Part shown: piece by piece, positions 51,601 to 63,212 of the stretch
Layout of the letters: each line of letters opens with the position of its first letter
How positions within the stretch are numbered: position 1 is the stretch's first letter
Source of the DNA: Phoronis australis
Taxonomy: Eukaryota > Animalia > Phoronida
Length of the DNA stretch: 64,000 nucleotides
Reading direction: 5' to 3'
Assembly (NCBI GenBank): GCA_002633005.1
Contig: NMRA01000148.1
Location: 558,001-622,000, forward strand
Notes under the pieces: generated by a model
Told to the model about the DNA's origin: nothing
Databases searched by the model: none
Seen by the model: the letters and a program-made list of their open reading frames with translations, nothing else
Program-made: the position numbers and the translations under genes

Positions 51601-52445
51601 TTCTTTGTTTCAGAATTTGCGACCACCACAACCACCAAGTTACGATGCCACAATGAGTGCACAGGTTAATGGTATGTAGACGTCTGCTCATTAAATATTA
51701 AATAGACATTTGCTTCAGATAATTGCCTTCAAATTCAAACTCACTGCATAGGTTTTCAAACTTGACAAGGTGGAATTTAAACTCGCTTCCTCACAGAGCC
51801 AAAACAGGTTGTGCAGACTACTGGTGTCTCATACCATGATACCAAGCAGATCATTCGTGTTCTCAGCATGTTAAATTTGGTGTCAAAAGCCGACTAGCTG
51901 TGACGGCCATGGCCAGAACTGGACTGTTAATATAAGCGCCAGTGAATGTGTAAATTCCTGTTTGGTAGCAGAAACCAAGTGTCATCATGTCGATCACCAT
52001 TTTAAGACTAGTTAGTTAAGAGTTTATTGGGCCATTTTGTGATTGTATTGTTGTTCATGCATATCAAGCTTGAGGATATTAAGTTTTACGAATGCATCTG
52101 GTGAACGTAATATGCAATTACAAAGAATTTATAATAAATCATGGAATGAAGTTTCAGTCGAATTGGCGAAAGTATTTTGTTTTCAACAAAATGAATAAGT
52201 ATGGAGTACACTGGTTGTTATGTGAGATCCTTTTATCATTATTACTTAGTACTGTGATATCAGTTTAAGTACTGAATGAATTGTGTAACATTTTAGATCC
52301 AGTTGACTTAGGAGGGATCATTCCGCAGCTACCATCAGTTCCAGGAAGTTTGCCAGGGGGCGCTGGCAGTAACTCTGCTGGGGGTGATGATGTAGACTTT
52401 GATGATCTCACAAGACGGTTCGATGAACTCAAGAGGAAGAAGTAA
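42606..52445 (+). CDS. IST1: IST1 homolog (ESCRT-III-associated factor), 9 coding exons
   Basis: Exons are 42606-42696, 44391-44467, 46099-46202, 46405-46492, 46636-46833, 47785-47941 (N at 47890), 49462-49749, 51614-51671 and 52297-52445. Motifs include KLKTNLRVVIHRLKLLEKKKTE, RARIRVEHIVREDYLVEAMEILEMFCDLLLARFG, LIWAAPRL and KYGKEF, a Pro-rich linker, MIM2-like PQLPSVP and MIM1 DFDDLTRRFDELKRKK*. Confidence 0.95.
43836..44047. other. Assembly gap (N run) in IST1 intron 1
   Basis: Run of n characters. Confidence 0.99.
45517..45590 (+). mobile_element. tRNA-derived SINE head fragment
   Basis: ggctgTGGCTTAGCAGtaac...aGTTCAAATCCc gives A and B boxes at tRNA spacing but no intact cloverleaf. 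Confidence 0.5.
47095..47330. mobile_element. MITE-like element with internal TAAGTCAA/TTGACTTA repeats
   Basis: It starts ggggcctgttccaagaaactgacttag and ends ctaagtcagttt. The start resembles the element at 63213. Confidence 0.45.
49990..51500 (+). mobile_element. Helentron-associated (HINE/pearl-like) element with an internal tandem array of about 145-158 bp units
   Basis: The head gtgggcgcattattattatgcc plus a (GTCC)n microsatellite lies at 50241-50320. Units ending in cc(c)tagtgg recur near 50431, 50577, 50735, 50879, 51023 and 51180. The family assignment comes from architecture only. Confidence 0.65.
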
Positions 52446-52612
52446 ACGATGGAAACTTAAAATATTTTTAAGTGAGGTTGAGGGTTGCTTTTGAAGCTCC
52501 ACAAATGTACAACTTCAAACTGAGACAAAACAACTATGAGATGATTTAACGTGTAAAAAATATGACCTTGAAGTGTTAGCTCACATTACTTGAGAAGTTA
52601 TATTTGTTCTTT

Positions 52613-53535
52613 NCTTTACGAAATTGTGTAAGTATATTTATATGATGTTAGCAACGGAAGATGACGACTTTTGGACGGATCCGACTACCGGTGTGTCCCT
52701 AGTGGCAATTTTAGTTTTCTACGCTCACCTTTGTATCTTCAAAAGTCCTGAACGGATTTTCATGAAATTTGGTATGTAGGCACCTATTAGTGAGATGACG
52801 CTATCCTCCCGTTTTCGGATGGATTCGACCTAGTTTGCGACACCCAGTGGCCATTTTTACTGTTTTTGAGTCTGTTTTTTGGCGTCCACCCCTCTATCAA
52901 CCAAACCGCTATAAGTATGATTGTGAAAATTGGCATGTACTTACTATGAAGAGGACAGTTGATGCTGAATTTCCCATGACTTTGATTACTGTGGCGCCTC
53001 CTAGTGGAATTTTTTTTGCGCCCATGACTGTTTCTCCCAAACCGTTTGCAGGATCTTTAGTAAATTTAGCAAGTGTATTTATGTGATGTTGACAACGAAC
53101 GATGACGACTTTAGGATGATTCTGACTACCGGTATGCCTCTAGTGGCAATTTTACATTGACCTCTGTATTTTCATAGGTTTTCAGGTGCATACTTTGTGT
53201 TACTTCGTGACTATGAAGGAAAAGTTCCAAGTAGAAATTTGTTTCTGGCATTCTAATGCTGTGCTAATCTCGTATGTTGGTAAACTTGTTTTTAATTCCA
53301 TGTTTCTGTGGTGCTTTAAGCAACTGATGTATAGGATGTGCTTGTATTATGAAGATCACTCACATTTTGCCCCTAGCCTATTGAGACAATGACCATGCCT
53401 TTCCATTTTGCAAAGTACAACATACTACATATATGCCCTCTACTGGCCACTTTATGGTACCAATAAACAACCCTAGAAGGATACCACATACAGTGCAATT
53501 GTGGGCGCATTTCATTGTTCTTCGTTGCTCTTGTT
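52613..53535 (+). mobile_element. Second copy of the same HINE-like array, downstream of the IST1 stop
   Basis: gatccgactaccggtgtg...ctagtggcaattttagtttt closely matches 50408-50460. It ends gtgggcgcatttcattgttcttcgttgctcttgtt and begins right after the N at 52612. Confidence 0.65.
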
Positions 53536-55193
53536 TATATTTTATCAACTGGATATCTACTATCCACCAATTTGTTCTTTAACTGTTGTGACTGGTTATA
53601 GGTAATTTTTATATTGTAGTTTATTTGATTCACTGAAAAACTTGCATTGAGTCATTTGATGTTCACACAGTTGTTAACAAAAACCTATTGATCTGGATTT
53701 CTTTTGTGGGGTATTTGTGACTGGAATCAATGTACTTGTGGGTGGAATCAATGACCATTGTTAACAATGTAAGGTTGTTATTCTACAAATATGTACTTTT
53801 GTAAATCAAACATTTTTAAACATAATGCAATTTCTGTCCCGAAGTTTTCATTCAAGTTCTTGAAGAAAAGGGTTCTGGCTGTATCTCAATGTGTCAAATT
53901 TAAATGTTGTGAATAGCAACATACAGAAGATTTCTCTGTTACATAATGATCTTATTATAAATAAATTCATGATAACTTTGATACATTGAGGTTTATTAAG
54001 ATCTCTCATTTTTATTTGTCACAAATTTACTGTCACATGTGTAATAGATATGAAATGAAAATCAAAAATATTAGGCAACAGACCTCCGATAGCTCTGATA
54101 GTAGGCCATCTCACTGCACCCCATAAATAAACAACATTAAACTATGCTGTAGCAACAAAAGTATATCAACAAAAAAGAAATAAATAACACTGCAAATATA
54201 AAGTACTGCATAAACATGTGAATTAAAAAATAGTCAAATAAGACAATGTAATCTGGACGAGAACAGGCAATGAATCTATCACATCAAACAAAATGTAAAA
54301 ATATTGCACTGAAAGGTTAATAAAACACAAACTAACAATCAAATAATGCTAGATATTTTCTATTACTATATTGTATAACTTGCGTTTGACTCAATAAAAC
54401 TTTGCAGTGATGTGTGGTAGAGTTGCAGTGGCCATACTTTCTTCAAAAATGATTTATTGAAAACAATACTCGAACGAAATGTCCTTCATAGCATGGGCGC
54501 ACCCGGTGGGAGGGGGGCTCAAATGAGCCCCCCAATTTGGAAAATTGGGCAAAAAGGTCTGCCTCAGTGAAACAGAAAATCCGAGTAAATGAGACAAAAG
54601 TGCACAAAGTCAACGGGAAGTTGGTGCGGATGCACGCTTTTTTTTTAGTCCTCGATTTTTTTCAGTAAAAGGTCCGCATATCGAAGAATTTGATCCCCCC
54701 TTTATTTTAAGCTGGGTGAGTGCGTGCATAGAGATGTAGAACATTGTGATCACAAGTACACACAACCACGAAAATCGGTAAAACGGAATTTGGTAAAAAT
54801 GGAAAGAAATCTTTGTTCTGACTTTTAAAGCTGAATATCAACTCGCTTAGCTCACTAAAAGCGAAAATCCAATTAAAACTTCTACTCTGATAAAATCTGT
54901 CTCTTGATAGGACTTAATTTTCTATCCAGTTCATATCACAGTAAATGCATGCATGCACCATTAGGAATGGCCAACCCCAATAAACTTCGTGAAACATTTT
55001 GCTGATGTTTTTGATGCCCTAGTTGGAAAGGAAATAAAATCTTGTCATGTTAGGGAATATGAAATGACATTTCATGAGCGTAAAACATAATTTAATTTTT
55101 ATTTTTAGCCAGCTACATGGGTTGAAACGCAGCTTTAACTAAGCCAGCCGTAGGAAAGTGGACGGACTGGAGATGTTTGCATAAATAAAGACT

Positions 55194-58100
55194 TTAGTCA
55201 TTACAACCCCCTTGGCTACAGATGTTGTCCAAAGCATGTTTGGCTTCCTTGACCCCATTGGCTGCAGCGTGCTGGATCAAGTTGTGTGCTTCTCTGTAAA
55301 ATGCAACATCATGCAACAAAGAAGCATTGAGATACAATGGGTCATCAAGATGAATATCATGCACACGCAAGAATGACTAGTCACCAATTCTTCTAAGTTC
55401 AGTAACAAAGTCTGCTTTTCTGATCAATTATTCACAACAATTAATAGTATGCATTAGGCAAAATATTGAAACTCAAAATGTGCATGAGACAGTTGTGCCG
55501 CCAGTCCGGTTATGTAAGATTACGCTCTGATAATGGGCTCAAGCTATATCAGCTACGTTAACACTTGCCTTAAGCAGGCCATCGGTTTTGGAACAGTGTC
55601 TGACTGGAATTACTCACCACTCAGCAATACATGTACTATGAAACTGGTCACACCAAAATACTGTAACTTCATTATTTGCGGGCCAATTTTTGTGCTCCAC
55701 AAATGAAATTTGAAGATTTTCCATAATTAAGACAAATATGCACAAACTTATCAACACAGAAGATCAAAAACAACCCGAAAAAATGTTTCAGTACAACCAG
55801 GCAGCTGTGCGGTTCATAACCGGAGTCAACAAACCAAAACGCTCAGCATGCTACCCTCTCACTAGCACTGGGTATAACTAAAGAAAATCGATATGCAAGT
55901 GAGATCAAAGAAAACCTTACTGGCTATGGGCAATGGAGAGGTTTCTACGCCTAATGAATTTTAAGTTACAAAATCCAGCATACTGTACAGTCCATGTTAT
56001 GTATAGAAGTCTGGCCAATGGTCAGTTTCATGAAAGTGACTAAAGACAGAAATTTTGTTTTACTCTGCACTCCATCTTCACATATAAAGCTGAAAAAGGG
56101 TTTAGTTTGGCAAAAAAAAATATGAGCGCATCACAGTCTAAAAGTAGAAGTCATCCCAGTAAGTATCTGTTATGTACATATTCTCAGAGACTCGGAACTT
56201 TAACAAAGAGCAATTTTTAGAAATAGTTGTATGGAGTGTAATATCAAATTTCTGACTTAAAGGAGAAAGCAACCTTTTTTCATGTCATTTTTATTAAAAA
56301 TACAGTTGATTATGCCAGATATATTTTTCAGTTAATTAAGGCTTCCTTTATTTCAATTTATTAGTCATGCCCTATTCCGGAAGTGACGTTTCAGGGGTTT
56401 AGAATTTCTCGCCATTTTGTTTCTGTGTTTGAGTTTACTTTGAGGATCGGTTCTGCTGTAGTCTTGGAGAAAAACTTAACTTTACCGAAGTCCATCAGTG
56501 TTCTCGCCGACTGAAAGGTGTTTTCAGTGCAAAGGGTGCCATTGAACATGCTAAAGTGGACCTCAGCAATCCCATGGACAGCGGAACAACTGTCTCACTT
56601 GCCTGAGTGTCCCGCGATTCACTTCCACAGGATGGTAACCTGAGCACCCACACAGCTTACATCTTGCCGTGTGATCCCCTTGCCACACAAATGGCACCTT
56701 GTAAATAGCTCCAATACTGTAGTAAAGTCCACAATATACTTTTCAAAGTTTGGCTCAACGGCCTGTTCACTGAACGACGAACTGTCCTCCTCACTGGGTC
56801 ACGGACTGGGCCTGTATTCACTCCCAATCCTCAACGTCACCGCAGGGTTGCTTACATTCTGATGGCGAACAGAACTATCTGGGCTGTGTGAAATTTTGGG
56901 GTCTAATGGAGCTCAGCACACATTGGTACCTAGATGTATATTAGCGATAGTCTCCATACAGCTAGCTGGCTGGCTAGGGTGCAGTAGCTGAAGGGCCTCA
57001 AATTACTGTAGAGAGCACTGTCGGGAATCAACAACAATGGTATGGCACCCTTCTTCAGGCGCTATTTTGCAGGAACCTTCATCAGTTCCGCATATATATC
57101 TCTTTCGCAATCCGCCGGCAGAAAATGCTTGCCACACACTTGGTAATTCTCCACTGCTTTGTACGTTGCGTGTGTAACACCGCGTTCTTCACACAAATGA
57201 GACAAGTAAAAACGACAGAGTGCGTCATCTGTTGGAAAGCGATGTAATGGCATATCCAAAGTGCGCGTGTGATGATACCGATTACATCCCGGTACACGGC
57301 ATGTTGACTGACTCATAAACTAACACAAACAATGACCGAACTCATCACAGCTGAGGTAAAACAATTACTGACTGGACAGCTCACACAGTCAGACTATATG
57401 AAAACAAAATGGGAGGAAACTCTAAACTTCATAAATGTCGCTTCTGGAATAGAACATGACTAATTAATTAAATAAGGGAAGCCGTAATTAACTAAAAAAT
57501 ATGAACAGACACCAGACCTCACCAAATTACCCACTCTTGATGGACTTCAAGAAAAAAATTCATTATTGGCATGGTACACTGAAGAAAAATTAGAAAATTT
57601 AGAGCAATTGATTAGCCTGTACAACCTCATTAAGTTAAATTGGTTAAAATTTACAACATTTTAATAATATGGTCAACCTTTGAAACAAGAAAAATTGGCA
57701 ATTTCACTAAATTTTTGTTTGGAATTGAGAGATTATGGTAACCTGGTTTTACCAAAGAATATAACTGCATTATTTTCTAGTACTGGGGTATGCATAACCG
57801 TAAGTGACTATACTTTTGCGGATACTCAGAGTCCTATCTGTTCTTCCAAAGCACTGAATTCCGGGTGGTGGCTTATACCAGCATCATATCCACACAATCT
57901 CAAAAGTAATAAACACATGTTGTTATGTTAAACTTATCAGACACCTATTGGTCACTATTACAAACAACTCTTAACCTAATGTTAAGTTACTCACCCTTTC
58001 TGTAGTCCAGAGGGCAGACCTCTGAGATGACCGATGGCTAAATTGTAACCGGCATGAGGGTGACCTTGGTCTGAGGCTTTCCTGCACAAGAAACACAGCC

Positions 58101-61100
58101 AGTTTAATATGACAAACAATTACTGTTAAGCAGTTTATCCACTTGCATTTTTGCTTAACGCTTTGTACAAAACTGGTTCTCAAAATTCGGGCACATCATA
58201 TCCAACCATTACCATTTTACTTTTGTAGGAAACAGTGCAATAAAATGGGTATCAGACACACTGTTTATGGTAATTTCTCACCTATTTAACACATGATATG
58301 GTGCAACAGCCAAATTTCATCTTTTGCCAAATTTTTCAACAAACACAAAGACGAAAAAATTTTTGCTTAAGCTTGGTTTGTACTATGTAGATGTCATAAA
58401 ACAACAGTAAATTATTGGCACCGAGCCAGCCACTCCCTGAAAAAATAAAAAAGTGTCAATTTTGGAATTTACTTTGTGTGAAATAATTGAGGAATTACAA
58501 NGTTCCCAGCCATTGCGGATATCACGGCCTTCCTCGCCGACCCATAAAAGTAGGTAGTTAACCTTCACACTGTCAGTTTTTTCCGCAAGGGGTCCGTTGA
58601 AAATAAGTTCACACGTTTGTTTGAACTTTCTAAAACGATCTGGCAGGTTTTGCGCCTTCCAATCGATTGTAGGAATGGGTACACCTGTTAAGTCACTCAT
58701 GTCGGGGTTCGTTTACCTGACACCATGAAACACTTTGTGTTGTAAGTTAAGACAAAGAACATCGTGGTTGACTCTCTATTCGTGTGCAATGATAATAACT
58801 ATATTACATGTGGTCCGTAATACTAGACTTAGGTACGCGTATACAACAACATTAGGTCAATTCCAAAACAAAATTCGTTTTTTATGACAGAAGATGGGTA
58901 CATATCCACTTTAGAATTATCATATGTCTGAACTCGTAGCAGACCAAAATCCAGCAAAATTTCTCTTATTAAACTTCACATACTTGAACCATTCCATTGC
59001 CTTTGGGTGGTCCTTTTCAACACCGACACCTGAAAATGAAAACATGAATCAAGATGTGTTACAAAGCAGAACTTGGTAAATCTTAAACACTGCAACAATT
59101 CAATCAATCAACCTTGGAAAAATGGGAAAATTGAAATGTTAACGTCTTATGTGAGAATTTGAAGACAGATTACACAACTTATCGCTCTATACGATCATAA
59201 ACTACAATAGCCATTTTCCCATATAACACGGAATAATTACCAAATGCCATGTCACTAGGTGGCGATGAGAGTAGTTAACGGATTGCATTCAGCATTGTTT
59301 AATGGGGATTTAAATAGTGAGATTTCCATGTGCTTTCTATAAATTGCCATCATGCGGTTAAATTACCACTATTGCGGTGGAATGATCAAACGATTTACAC
59401 CGTCAACAAAGTTCAATGTCCGAAATGTTGGACATGAAAGAAATTGCTTTTTATCCCAGTCAACTCAGCCCGTCTTGTCAGTACTTCAAATTAACTCAAG
59501 CAGCAGTTGCATGCTGAACATTTGGAATTACATGAAATTAAATCATGTGTGTATTTATGATACTTACCATGTAGATATCTCATGCCAACTTGGTGCTGTG
59601 CTGATTTGAACCCCAAATGTGCGTATCCATGGGTAACATTGAAATGAAGGTGGTCAAAATAGTAGTAAGCATAGTATGCAAAGCATCCCACAAACACGAG
59701 GACGCCGACCTAAAATAAATTCAGTTAAAAAGATTAAGATAAAATTAGGGTTCACATACCCAAAAATTATTGAAATCACAAAATGAAAGAAATACAGTAT
59801 ACAGTCAGAATATAATCTAATTGATCAAGTCAAATTGTAAGAGAGATACTCCTTCTTTCCATCCACTATATTCTTCAGCGACAGCCTACTCTACAGTTTT
59901 TCATCACCACGCCTTGAATGTTCATCAGAAAAATATTGCACTTTTCTCTCACGCAATAGAATGCTTTCGAAATGTTTTTAATAATCTGCACCATTTGTTA
60001 TTTCATAATAATTCAGTTATTGCTCCCCCATTATTAATAACTTTATAAAATATGCCATACTGGTAGCCAGGTAGGTCGTGGGTCTCAGACTTAGAAGTGA
60101 TTCAACAATAAGTTACTCCTACTGAATAACACCAGAGGAAGTAAATAATTGTCAAATCACATTTAATCAGGGACCCACATATCTGACTATTACTGAAGAC
60201 TTGGATCAAGTGGTGTTCCTACAGGTCCCCCGTCTGTGCTAGCACCTCTTAGCATGGATGGCAGACAGGTGACCTCCCATAACCCTCTATACGTTTCTGT
60301 TTATCTTGAGCATGCTGACTGTAATGACGTTAAGTCTTCAATTTCGTTGAGGGAATGAAGGACAATTAAAAACGTTGATTACGGGAGTATTAATTCCATT
60401 TGGAAGAACTTAAATATTTCAACTGCCTCTAAGTCTAAAGGTGTCCATCTACACTTGAAAGGTACAAAAAGCTTGATTAGGATCTATCGTCATCAACTTG
60501 TAGCCTGTACTTGAATGATCAACACGTGACAACAGAAACTGTACACAGCTGTTTTCAAGCAATTCCGCAAATTTCTATTAAAAATAATGCATTTATTTAC
60601 TTCACCTTCCAGTTGACAGCATAAACATTAATTAGTTGATGATACTGGCCGTGTGTGACGTCAGGTAGACAAGAACTGTTCAAGTTGTCAGCAGTGGGAA
60701 AGGGGAATTAGTTAGTGGGATTGCATGGAGAACAGCACTTAATCAAAACCAATGATTTGCAATATATAAGACCAAGGAAAGTTAACACAAAAATGGATAA
60801 TACTAACTCAGCAGCAACAGCATAACAATGGCAATGGAAAATCAATATCTGAGTTCTGTATAATGTATTATTCATTCTCAGCCAATTGACGACGTGGCTT
60901 GTCCACCTTGGCCAGGAGCAAATGACGCACGAGATATGCAAAACAAGAAAAATATACACGAAAAGAAAATGAATTTTCCATTTTACATTTGCTTGCAAAC
61001 CTGCTGTAAATAGAGAAGAGTTAAGAGTTAGTAGCGGTTAAACTTCCGCATGTTGCTGCTGCCGTTCACAACCGAGGAAAATTGAATGAAACACAATGCC

Positions 61101-61638
61101 ATGGAAAAGGGTGCCTGAGTGAGAGNGTTAACACAAAAATGAATAATACTAACTCAGCAGCAACAGCATAACAATGGCAATGGAAAATCAATATCTGAGT
61201 TCTGTATAATGTATTATTCATTCTCAGCCAATTGACGACGTGGCTTGTCCACCTTGGCCAGGAGCAAATGACGCACGAGATATGCAAAACAAGAAAAATA
61301 TACACGAAAAGAAAATGAATTTTCCATTTTATATTTGCTTGCAAACCTGCTGTAAATAGAGAAGAGTTAAGAGTTAGCAGCGGTTAAATTTCCGCATGTT
61401 GCTGCTGCCGTTCACAACCGAGGAAAATTGAATGAAACACAATGCCATGGAAAAGGGTGCCTGAGTGAGAGACATATTTTCCTTAAAAATGAGAACGCAC
61501 CTCCAGCATAGTAACCCACCAAGGGTCAGGTTTTCGCTTTCTTGCCAGATAAACTTTCCCGCCATAAGGTAGGTCTGGATTCCATTCCCCAGGCGGTGGT
61601 TCATAACGAGTACGTTTTCTGACTTCACTCTCGGCCAT
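55194..61638 (-). CDS. Uncharacterised 170-aa single-pass membrane protein with Sel1-like repeats, 5 coding exons
   Basis: Exons 61501-61638, 59568-59709, 58984-59029, 57995-58081 and 55194-55293 total 513 nt with GT-AG ends and consistent phases. Translation: MAESEVRKRTRYEPPPGEWNPDLPYGGKVYLARKRKPDPWWVTMLEVGVLVFVGCFAYYAYYYFDHLHFNVTHGYAHLGFKSAQHQVGMRYLHGVGVEKDHPKAMEWFKKASDQGHPHAGYNLAIGHLRGLPSGLQKGEAHNLIQHAAANGVKEAKHALDNICSQGGCND*. Confidence 0.88.
56261..57502 (-). mobile_element. Decayed, internally deleted Kolobok-type DNA transposon
   Basis: It begins TTAA|AGG at 56257-56263 and has about 100-bp imperfect inverted repeats at 56321-56422 and 57400-57502. It contains a THAP ORF and a stop-interrupted KYIVDFTTVLELFTRCHLCG...VTILWK*IAGHSGK* zinc-finger segment. 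Confidence 0.75.
57030..57316 (-). pseudogene. THAP DNA-binding domain remnant of a transposase
   Basis: MSQSTCRVPGC...LHRFP...VCGKHF...AK*RLKKGAIP has the C2CH THAP signature. An in-frame TAG at 57062-57064 falls before the AVP-like box. Confidence 0.8.
58502..58851 (-). mobile_element. Gypsy-type LTR retrotransposon 5' stub: short LTR, tRNA-Leu-type PBS and gag start, cut by an N
   Basis: The LTR runs about 58851/58845-58726 (TG...TTTCA) and the PBS TGGTGTCAGG is at 58725-58716. An ATG at 58700 opens MSDLTGVPIPTIDWKAQNLPDRFRKFKQTCELIFNGPL...KVNYLLLWVGEEGRDI, a gag-like N-terminus that stays open until the N at 58501. Confidence 0.85.
60781..61471. repeat. 345-bp tandem duplication joined at a single N (61126); probable assembly artefact
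   Basis: 60781-61125 and 61127-61471 are near-identical (gttaacacaaaaatg...gtgcctgagtgagag) apart from a few SNPs. Confidence 0.92.
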
Positions 61639-63212
61639 TTTTCGATTTGTTTACTGGTGTACCCAAGTAATACACGGTTTATTTACAGTGACATCTGGTG
61701 GCAATTGAAATGAAGAAAGTTTCGGACCTTTCCACACAATGAAGCTATACATTTATTTATCTCATTGTTTTTACGTAGCTTGTAGACGGGACACGTTCAT
61801 GAATTCGCATGTAAAACAAAGTTATTAAGAATTCTGAAGTCTTCCCCAATCAACTAAAAAACAACATAAAAACAACCACTGTTTTTGAATGTTGGCGGAA
61901 GACATTTCACCCCACCCCCTTGGCATGGAACCAGATGTCCTTTCATTAAAATTTTTAAATTGTACCTTTTACACATATTTCTATAAGAATCAATGCACTT
62001 TTACACCACAGCCACAGCAAAGTGGTCATCAGGCTGCAATCCCTCATGTGTCCAAGACCAACAAGTTTATCGTTAGATGGTGCGAGGTGTGATTGAGCAT
62101 GATCGTATCTGGTCATAAACAGCCCTAATTCACAAATGTTAAGTTTTGAGAAAATAACCTCCACAATGATTTTCAGTAAGAAATTTATCCCAGTTGGGTC
62201 TTCCAATTTTTAAATATCAGTGAACTAACTGTTAACTAAAATCACAATTTCAATAGCACCCAAGACTTTGACTACCAGATTTTTTCTGCTTAGTTTAGGG
62301 ATCTCCAAATATAAAAGATTCAATAGACAGTGCAAATCTGGGTTTCAGAAAGTTGCAGGAAAGCATGTTGTATCAGTTGACTATCTTGTGTTCTGCTTTT
62401 CCAATCAAGGTGCCTGGTTGTTCAATGTCAACTTGGCAATTATGCATGATGTCGCAGTGCCAATAACACATATCTTGGCTTGCACATAAGCTGATGCAGG
62501 GGAAGGTTAAGGAGGACCAGACCCCCTTTTTCCCTTGATTTTCATGATGTCAAATGTAGAATTTTCAAATTGCTGACTTGGATCCCCTAGTTTTCAAAAA
62601 ATCCTTGATCTGACGCCTCCTTTTAAAAATCCTGGATCCGCCCCTGTTGTGCAACGTATTTGTAGCATTTCAGGGACTTGCTGTTACAATTATTGGACTT
62701 GAGTGTTTCATTTTATTTCCTCTAGAAGATGAGATATGACCACTCTCAAAATATAGCCATTTTTGACAGAAAAAAAGAAAACACTTTTTGCTCCATGTTT
62801 GTCTTGGCTTTTAGAGAATAAACGCAACATATCACAAATTCAGCCAAGAGATACTGAGCCAGTAAACAGTGTCACATTAAAGTCTATCAATTTCTCACAT
62901 GTCAAAAAAATTAGCAAGTAAATTTTAGAGCTTTGGTGACAATAACAAACAAGTTTTTTTTCAGCTGCATTACATAATGATGTATTCCAGGTCACGTTCG
63001 ATGCAAGAAATGATATTACATTTATAAGTCTTCTATCAAGACATTTACTCCAGAAATTCACATTTCTACTTTAAAAACCTGTACATCTTGATTGATAGTC
63101 AAATTGTTGCCACAAAATTAATTACAGCATTCCCATACTTTTCTTACAATACGACATAACATAACCATCAATGGCTGAAGCACCATTAGACCAACAAGAA
63201 GAAAAACACCAT

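Noticed and set aside
57062-57316. Functional host THAP gene
   Set aside because: A stop falls before the AVP box, more stops follow downstream, and inverted repeats flank it, so it is a transposon relic.
60708-61344. Pair of duplicated hydrophobic ORFs of about 95 aa (MQANV/IKWKIHF...)
   Set aside because: They are intronic, have no recognisable motif, and are duplicated only because of the 345-bp N-joined repeat.
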